From an uncultured Bacteroidales bacterium (GTDB taxonomy: Bacteria > Bacteroidota > Bacteroidia > Bacteroidales > JAGOPY01), in NCBI GenBank assembly GCA_963701785.1, contig CAVPBC010000002.1, positions 533,093-597,092 on the forward strand: a stretch of 64,000 nt of DNA, in the 5' to 3' direction. A program made the position numbers and the translations under genes. Numbering within the stretch: the stretch's first letter is position 1; every line of letters begins with the position of its first letter. Shown one piece after another: positions 58,148 through 64,000 of the stretch. The notes under the pieces are model-generated. The model saw only the letters and a program-made list of their open reading frames with translations, searched no databases and was not told the DNA's origin.

Positions 58148-59506
58148 TAGAATTTGAACTGGGCCCTGAAGGGTGAAGACATTATCTTTCAAATCATTGG
58201 AATAGCCGGTGATTTCGGTGTTTTCATTTTTAACAATTTCATAATAAGCCATCAGCTTGACATTGGCCGCAATGCGTACATTATATCCAAAACCCCAGGT
58301 GGTATAAGCCACATCTGCCCCGCCGAGCCCGGTCTTGATCGTACCTTCATTATAAGATACCGATGATTTTGCATCCGTGCCTTTAACGTCAGTATTCGGA
58401 TCAAGGAAATCATATTTTACAACAATCTCATGTCTTGAATGAAGGATGTTCTGAACAAAGTAAACATAACCGCCATTAAATGACCTGTTATAAGTATCAT
58501 TAATTCCGAGCATCAGGAATAACCCTGTTTGCGGGCTGATATTGAGCTTTGCTCGTTCCCGGCTGTGTACCGAAGATATATTCACCGCGCAGTGTAGTCA
58601 TACCCAGCAACCAGTCGAAGGCTGAACTGTGCATCAGCGCCGAAATATTCGCGTTTTGCATATTCGCCCTTGTTTGATTCCGTTGAGTCAACGGCAAAGC
58701 CTTCTATTATTCCATCCGCCAGGCGTAGTCATGGTGTAAACATTTTTGGTTTCCTGGAAATAACCTCCATTATAATATGAAACCCCGATTCCATAACGGA
58801 ATTTTTCATTTCGGGTGGTTTTGGTTATCCCGAGCTGACCGGACGAAATCTTTATGCTGAGTCTATTTCGGGAGCTATTCCGTTTCCTGCAATGAATAGC
58901 GGCATTTAACCGGATGAAGTTAAAGCGGGATTCCTTACGGGGCTGAATGGTCAGCATGGCGCCCAGGTCGCGTTCACCGGGAAACAGGGTTTGCATAACC
59001 CTCGACCGTTCCGGGCTTTCCCTCAGGGATGACGAATAGGCTATTTCATAGCCGAATGGGCGGTTAAAAACCCCGGCCTGGACTGCAAACATCTGCATCC
59101 AGGGATCTTTGAAGTTCACATAAGCATCTTTTAATGAAACACCCTTTTCAGTTGCATCAATCTGCAAAACAAACTGGGTCAGCTTGCCTTCGTAAGCAAA
59201 TTTAACACGGCCCCTCCTGATCATGAAGCGGTTATCGGAGTTTTTTGGGAAAGCCCCGCCAGAAAATGGTGAAAGCTGTCCGGCACTGTCGGCTAATTGC
59301 CATTGGGCCTGGATATAACCTGATATCTTGAGCTTTTTAAGCAGATCAAGGTCGGATTTAACATTATCGATTTTTGTGTTCAATGTATCAACTGCCTGGT
59401 TTAAATCGCCGGGCTGGGTTTCCTGGCCGAACGATAAAAATGGAGCTGCAAAGATGACTAACGAAAATAACGTTACAGTTAAAATCTGTTTCAGGAATGT
59501 TATCAT
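58148..59506 (-). pseudogene. Phosphate-selective porin O/P-like outer-membrane protein, at least three frame breaks
   Basis: MITFLKQILTVTLFSLVIFAAP signal, then GYIQAQWQL...FMIRRGRVKF. It is spread over ORFs 58688-59551, 58500-58697 and 58118-58585. The shifted frame ends ..RAQFKF, stopping at 58148. Confidence 0.6.
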
Positions 59507-59618
59507 ATTGTTATGGTTTGGAATTTTGCTGCAAAAGTCCACATTTAACATTATGTTAACATTTCCTTAATATTAAGAAATTGTTAAGTGTTTGCAAAGG
59601 TCTATGTATCAATGATAT

Positions 59619-59655
59619 TACCACTAAGGCACTAAGGGCACTGAGGAACACTAAG
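59619..59655. repeat. Family A solo left-type arm, followed by the hairpin CCGACGG-GTAAAT-CCGTCGG (59676-59695)
   Basis: TACCACTAAGGCACTAAGGGCACTGAGGAACACTAAG with no matching right arm nearby. Confidence 0.85.
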
Positions 59656-59726
59656 AGTCATTTAACTATGGTAGTCCGACGGGTAAATCCGTCGGTTCCT
59701 GGCTGAGTTGTTAGTCCTTGGAGCAA

Positions 59727-60648
59727 TTATGAAATATCAACATTTGCAAACGTCCTCCTGATCCCATGGCGGAACTTAACTTTCGGGTAACCCACGATCA
59801 GGAATAATCCTTCTTTGCTTTTAAACTTTATCCCGTGATTTTTCCTGAATTTTTCGGCTGCTTTGCCGGATTGTATGAAGGGATGGATGGCCCCGAGCAT
59901 GCAGGTGCCCAATCCGAGCGATTCGGCGGCGTGCATGGCGTAAGTGCAGGCAATGATCGGATCGGCCGGATCGGTGTAGGGCGATCCATAGAAATAGAAG
60001 GCCAGCGGGGCATCGTACATCACGATGTTTCTACCTTCTTTCATGTAACCGGTATAAGAGTTGATCACAGGTTTGATGAAATCCCGGAACATATCGCCAT
60101 TCTCCTTTCCGTAAAATAACCGCATAAAAATCAAACCGGGCGGGGATACCATCCATTTCAGCCTTTCGATGTAATCGCAATAGTCTTTGGAGAACTGAAA
60201 CACTTTTTCTTTCCCGTTCAATACCAGGACATTGACATCTGATGGCGGGATTCCCATAGGAGCCGTGACTGCTGCCTGCGAGGATCTTTTCGATCAGTTC
60301 CTGTTCTACCGGTTTGTCTTTGTAATCGCGGATGCTTCGACGGCGCTGGTAAAGCTTTAATAATGAATCATAGGAAGCTATTTCTGATTTATCAGCCAGT
60401 GGGAAGATATCATCCGGTGACAGGCACCTGCCGTTGACGCTAATAGCGCCTTCAGGACATACGGCCATGCATTGTCCGCAGCCAATGCAGCCGAAAAGAG
60501 AATTCTTATGGGTGGCGACAGCTTTACCGTCGATCAGTTCAAAGACGGAATCAGAACAAACTTCGACACACAGGCCGCAGCCGTTGCATTTTTCGTGGTC
60601 GACCGTGACATGGCCGGCTTCATGGGTTCTTGAGGTTGGGATTGGCAT
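59727..60648 (-). pseudogene. 2x[4Fe-4S] ferredoxin domain fused to a nitroreductase-family domain, one frame break near 60280
   Basis: CNGCGLCVEVC and CIGCGQCMAVCPEGA, then YQRRRSIRDYKDKPVEQELIEKILA. The shifted frame continues AAVTAPMGIPPSDVNVLVL...GLGTCMLG. Confidence 0.75.
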
Positions 60649-60694
60649 AATCTTTCTTATTGATTTATGCCCGAAAGTTAGGAAGAAATTATTT

Positions 60695-60784
60695 ATCCGC
60701 GTAAATCCGTTGCATCCGTGTTTATCCGTGTGCTATTAAAAAGATAGAACACGGATGACACGGATGCGACGAATGACCACGGAT
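60695..60784. repeat. Hairpin repeat of the CACGGAT-word type
   Basis: ATCCGCGTAAATCCGTTGCATCCGTGTTTATCCGTGTG, a 15-nt loop, then AACACGGATGACACGGATGCGACGAATGACCACGGAT. It ends 2 nt from the stop of the SDR gene. Confidence 0.85.
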
Positions 60785-60785
60785 T

Positions 60786-61709
60786 TTATTTGTAGGACTT
60801 TGCTGTTTCCAGAATTCCTATTTCGTAAGAAGTTGGCTTAAATCCAAACTTCTTATCGAATTTGCTGCTGTCGAAAATATAATCCACCTCGTTCTGGTAA
60901 AGCATTTCAACACTTTCTTTAATGATGGGATTGAAAAGCCCGATCATTTGCAACATCCATTTTTTAACGGTCATATAACCAGGCTTTACCCCGAAAGCTT
61001 TTGCCGTCATTTCCAGGAATTCTTTTCCGGTCAGCGTGTTCCGGTCGGTAGGCAGGTGCCATACCTGGTTATACGCTGACGGAGTGTTTCCGAGCATGGC
61101 CGTGGCTTTGCCGGCATCAGGAGTATAGGTAAATGAATGTTTCGTATTGATATTACCCATCACCTGGGCTTTTTTTCCTTTGGCATAATTCGCCAGGACC
61201 ATCACATTAATAAAGCTCAGCGGGGTATCCGGGCCATAAAAATCAGCCGCGCGGGCAATGAGTGCCTGCAGCCTGCCCTTTTTCACCTCATCCATCATCA
61301 TATTGATCACCTGCATCCTGACCTTACCTTTTTTACTGCATGGATTGTAAGGGGTCTCTTCAGTCATTTTGCCATCCACTTTCCCGTAGGCATATACATT
61401 ATCAAAGAATACGAGCTTTGCTTTTTCTGCCATGCATGCATCCACAACATTCCTCATGATAATTGGCCATTGCTCCGCCCAGATTTTAGCGCTGTATTGG
61501 ATACCGACGGTCAGGTAAACGACATCCGATCCTTTGACAGCTTCCATCACCTGGTTGCGGTTCAGCAGATCTGCCTGGAAAAGTTCGTCGGTAGGATTAA
61601 CCTGTTTCGGGTTACGGGATACGAGGCGGATATCCTTAGTGTAGGTTTTGTAAAGTTCTCTGGCAACTTCTTTGCCGATGACGCCTGATGAGCCGAGGAT
61701 TGTTTGCAT
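60786..61709 (-). CDS. NAD-dependent epimerase/dehydratase (extended SDR) family protein
   Basis: A 307-aa ORF. The N-terminal Rossmann motif is degenerate (ILGSSGVIGKEV). Confidence 0.65.
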   Translation of the reverse strand: MQTILGSSGVIGKEVARELYKTYTKDIRLVSRNPKQVNPTDELFQADLLNRNQVMEAVKGSDVVYLTVGIQYSAKIWAEQWPIIMRNVVDACMAEKAKLVFFDNVYAYGKVDGKMTEETPYNPCSKKGKVRMQVINMMMDEVKKGRLQALIARAADFYGPDTPLSFINVMVLANYAKGKKAQVMGNINTKHSFTYTPDAGKATAMLGNTPSAYNQVWHLPTDRNTLTGKEFLEMTAKAFGVKPGYMTVKKWMLQMIGLFNPIIKESVEMLYQNEVDYIFDSSKFDKKFGFKPTSYEIGILETAKSYK

Positions 61710-61718
61710 ATCATTGTA

Positions 61719-63797
61719 TTATTTCTTCATCGCCGCCTTCTTTTCTGCCAGCTTCTTCAGCACCTCTTCCTGCACTGATTTAGTCAGTGGCATATACTGG
61801 AAGAAGTCCATGGAGAAACTTGCCCTTCCGCTTGAGATATTCCTGAGCTGGGTGGCATAACCGAACATTTCAACCAGGGGAACAAAAGCCAGCACTTTTT
61901 GTGAGCCTTTCCTGTGGCGCCGCATCGATTCAATTTTCCCGCGACGTTTATTCAGGTTACCGACAATGTCGCCGATATAATCATCAGGGGTATTGATTTC
62001 GACCTTCATGACCGGCTCGAGCAAAATGGGGTGCGCTTTCATGAAACCTTCCTTGAAGCAGATGGAAGCACAGGTCTGGAATGCCATATCGGAGGAGTCG
62101 ACAGCGTGGAACTTGCCGTCGTGGAGCACCACGCGGACATCGACCACCGGAAAGCCGGCCAGGACGCCTTTTTCGAGTGTCTTCGCAATTCCTTTATTAA
62201 CCGAAGGAACAAATTCTACCGGGATTGCCCCGCCCTTGATCCTGTCGACAAACTCATAACCTTTGCCTTCGTTAGGCTCGATCCTGAAGTGCGTTTCTGC
62301 GAACTGGCCTTTACCGCCTGTCTGCTTGGAATAGCGATGGGAAGCTTCAACTTCCGTGGTGATCGTTTCGCGATAGGCAACGGAAGGCTCGCTGACATCC
62401 ACTTCAACGCCGAATTCGTGCTTCAGGCGGTCGATGATGATCTCCAGGTGGAGCTCGCCCATGCCGGCAATGATCGTTTCTTCGGTTTCTTCATCATACC
62501 TGACGTTAAACGAAGGATCTTCATTGGATAACCTGTGCAGCCCTTCTCCCAGTTTGCTCTGGTCCTTGCGGGTGGTCGGAAGGATCTTCATCTCGATGAC
62601 GGTGGCGGGCATGGTAATATTTTCAAGGTGCAGCGGATGCGTCGGGTCGCAAAGCGTGTCACCGGTCTTGGTAAGCTTTAAACCAACCAGTGCGACGATA
62701 TCGCCCGGTCCGGCTTCGCTGATCTCTTCGCGGTCCTTGGCATGGATCTTCATGATACGGCCGATACGCTCGGATTTGTCTTTTGTTGAATTCAGCACCT
62801 GCATGCCGCTCTTTAAATGACCCGAGTAAACGCGGACGAAAGTCTGCTGTCCTACGTATGGGTCGTTGATCAGCTTAAAGGCGAGCGCTGAAAAAGGATC
62901 ATGAATGGAAGGATGGCGAGCGTGCGATTTTTCAGGATTGTCGACATCAGTACCTACCACTGCACCGATATCAAGCGGGGAGGGGAGGAAGTCGATCACG
63001 GCGTCGAGAAGGAGCTCGACACCCTTGTTTTTATAGGCAGCACCACAGAAAACAGGGGTGATATTCAGGCGCAGGGTGGCTTCACGTGCCGCTTTTTTTA
63101 GCAATTCATTGCTAACTTCCTGGTCTTCCAGGAACAGCTCAGCTATTTCATCATTAAAATCGGCCAGTTTCTCGATCAGCTGGTGGCGCGCTTCTTTCAC
63201 TTTTTCAGCGTATTCAGCCGGGACAGGCAGTTCTTCCCTGCCTTTGTCAGAAAATTTATAAGCAACGGAAGAGATTATATCGATGATGCCTGTAAAATCC
63301 TCTTCCACACCTATAGGTATCTGGAAAGCAACGGCATTGGCATCCAGCACAGTGTTCATCTGTGTAACGACATCATAAAAATCGGCGCCGGTACGGTCCA
63401 TTTTGTTGATGAAAGCGATGCGCGGCACTTTATAGCGGTCGGCCTGGTTCCACACGGTTTCACTCTGAGGTTCCACACCGCCAACGGCGCAGAACAGGGC
63501 GATCATCCCGTCGATCACGCGGAGGGAACGCTCTACCTCAACTGTGAAGTCAACGTGGCCCGGGGTATCTATCAGGTTGATGTGGGCATCTTTCCAGGCA
63601 CAGGAAATGGCGGCGGAGGCGATGGTGATCCCACGCTCCTGTTCCTGTTTCATGAAGTCGGTAGTGGCCGCACCGTCGTGTACTTCACCCATCTTACGGG
63701 TGACACCGGTGTAGAATAAAATTCGTTCTGTGACGGTGGTTTTGCCGGCATCAATGTGGGCAGCGATACCAATATTTCTAAGTTTGTTTAAAGGCAC
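61719..63797 (-). CDS. fusA: Elongation factor G family GTPase, located outside an rpsL-rpsG-fusA-tuf context (possible EF-G paralogue)
   Basis: [21 protein letters not shown] and full five-domain length. I place the start at the GTG at 63797 ([21 protein letters not shown]); the upstream part of the 741-aa ORF is repeat/G-rich leader. Confidence 0.9.
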   Translation of the reverse strand: MPLNKLRNIGIAAHIDAGKTTVTERILFYTGVTRKMGEVHDGAATTDFMKQEQERGITIASAAISCAWKDAHINLIDTPGHVDFTVEVERSLRVIDGMIALFCAVGGVEPQSETVWNQADRYKVPRIAFINKMDRTGADFYDVVTQMNTVLDANAVAFQIPIGVEEDFTGIIDIISSVAYKFSDKGREELPVPAEYAEKVKEARHQLIEKLADFNDEIAELFLEDQEVSNELLKKAAREATLRLNITPVFCGAAYKNKGVELLLDAVIDFLPSPLDIGAVVGTDVDNPEKSHARHPSIHDPFSALAFKLINDPYVGQQTFVRVYSGHLKSGMQVLNSTKDKSERIGRIMKIHAKDREEISEAGPGDIVALVGLKLTKTGDTLCDPTHPLHLENITMPATVIEMKILPTTRKDQSKLGEGLHRLSNEDPSFNVRYDEETEETIIAGMGELHLEIIIDRLKHEFGVEVDVSEPSVAYRETITTEVEASHRYSKQTGGKGQFAETHFRIEPNEGKGYEFVDRIKGGAIPVEFVPSVNKGIAKTLEKGVLAGFPVVDVRVVLHDGKFHAVDSSDMAFQTCASICFKEGFMKAHPILLEPVMKVEINTPDDYIGDIVGNLNKRRGKIESMRRHRKGSQKVLAFVPLVEMFGYATQLRNISSGRASFSMDFFQYMPLTKSVQEEVLKKLAEKKAAMKK

Positions 63798-64000
63798 GGT
63801 AATTAATTTTAAATGTTGAATTTTAAATTTTGAATTATGCCTGAACCGCTTTCCCCTCCACCGCATGGGGGAGGGGATTATGGGGTAGGGGCTGAAAAAG
63901 TTTGCAAAAGTAGTGATTATCAGCTTACAAAATGCATGATTCAAAGAAAAGATAACAAATATTTAACTTATACCCTTATGCAGTCTGAAAATCATTTATT

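Noticed and set aside
923-60648. Frame breaks as programmed ribosomal frameshifting or recoding
   Set aside because: There are too many, in unrelated genes, in both +1 and -1 directions, without shared slippery heptamers or downstream structures. Indel error is the parsimonious explanation until reads are checked.
63798-63944. N-terminal 49-aa extension of the EF-G ORF ([10 protein letters not shown]...PMRWRGKRF...)
   Set aside because: The extension translates the G-quadruplex/hairpin and AT-rich leader. EF-G homology begins at the GTG at 63797 ([21 protein letters not shown]).
1-64000. Search for a prophage, ICE, transposon, integron, CRISPR-Cas or a classical multi-gene defence island
   Set aside because: I saw no integrase, transposase, recombinase, reverse transcriptase, cas, restriction-modification or phage structural motifs in any listed ORF. 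The only selfish candidates are the hairpin repeats, the GxxExxY gene and one toxin-antitoxin pair.

Overview
This 64-kb window is a chromosomal segment of a Bacteroidota bacterium. Evidence for the phylum: T9SS C-terminal sorting domains on three secreted enzymes, CarboxypepD_reg-type TonB-dependent receptors, DUF4175-like and GxxExxY genes, and AT-rich leaders without Shine-Dalgarno sequences.

I can support about 57 protein genes.
- Housekeeping: folB, gltX, ybeY, mnmG, mnmA, kbl, a threonine-dehydrogenase-like SDR and an EF-G gene.
- A complete Pho cluster: porin, pstS, pstC, pstA, pstB, phoU and a phoR-like kinase.
- Two TonB-dependent receptor loci, one of them behind a Fur-family regulator.
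- A P-type ATPase, a large polytopic histidine kinase, an XRE-Panacea/RelE-like toxin-antitoxin pair and an orphan B12-radical SAM enzyme.

I recognised no rRNA, tRNA, CRISPR, transposase, integrase or phage genes.

Two global features dominate.
1. Fifteen or sixteen genes, several of them essential, have broken reading frames, with roughly two dozen breaks by my reading. These look more like indel errors than decay, although they are unevenly distributed.
2. Intergenic space is colonised by at least seven sequence-unrelated families of hairpin or tandem 'word' repeats built from 7-10-bp words. They frequently abut or supply stop codons.

Best candidates for new biology:
- A PD-(D/E)XK-fold GxxExxY gene sits inside a nest of five CACTAAGG-word arms, a topology like that of RAYT genes and REP elements.
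- A membrane-tethered LytTR regulator is followed by four ~20-bp-phased CCGTTCGTC-type boxes and a (G-x-F-S-x)11 small membrane protein.
- A Fur-family operon encodes a Cys/His mini-protein, a TonB receptor and two His-rich lipoproteins.
- A dioxygenase-like protein carries both a Tat signal and a T9SS sorting domain.

All functional calls come from reading motifs by eye. No database search was run.
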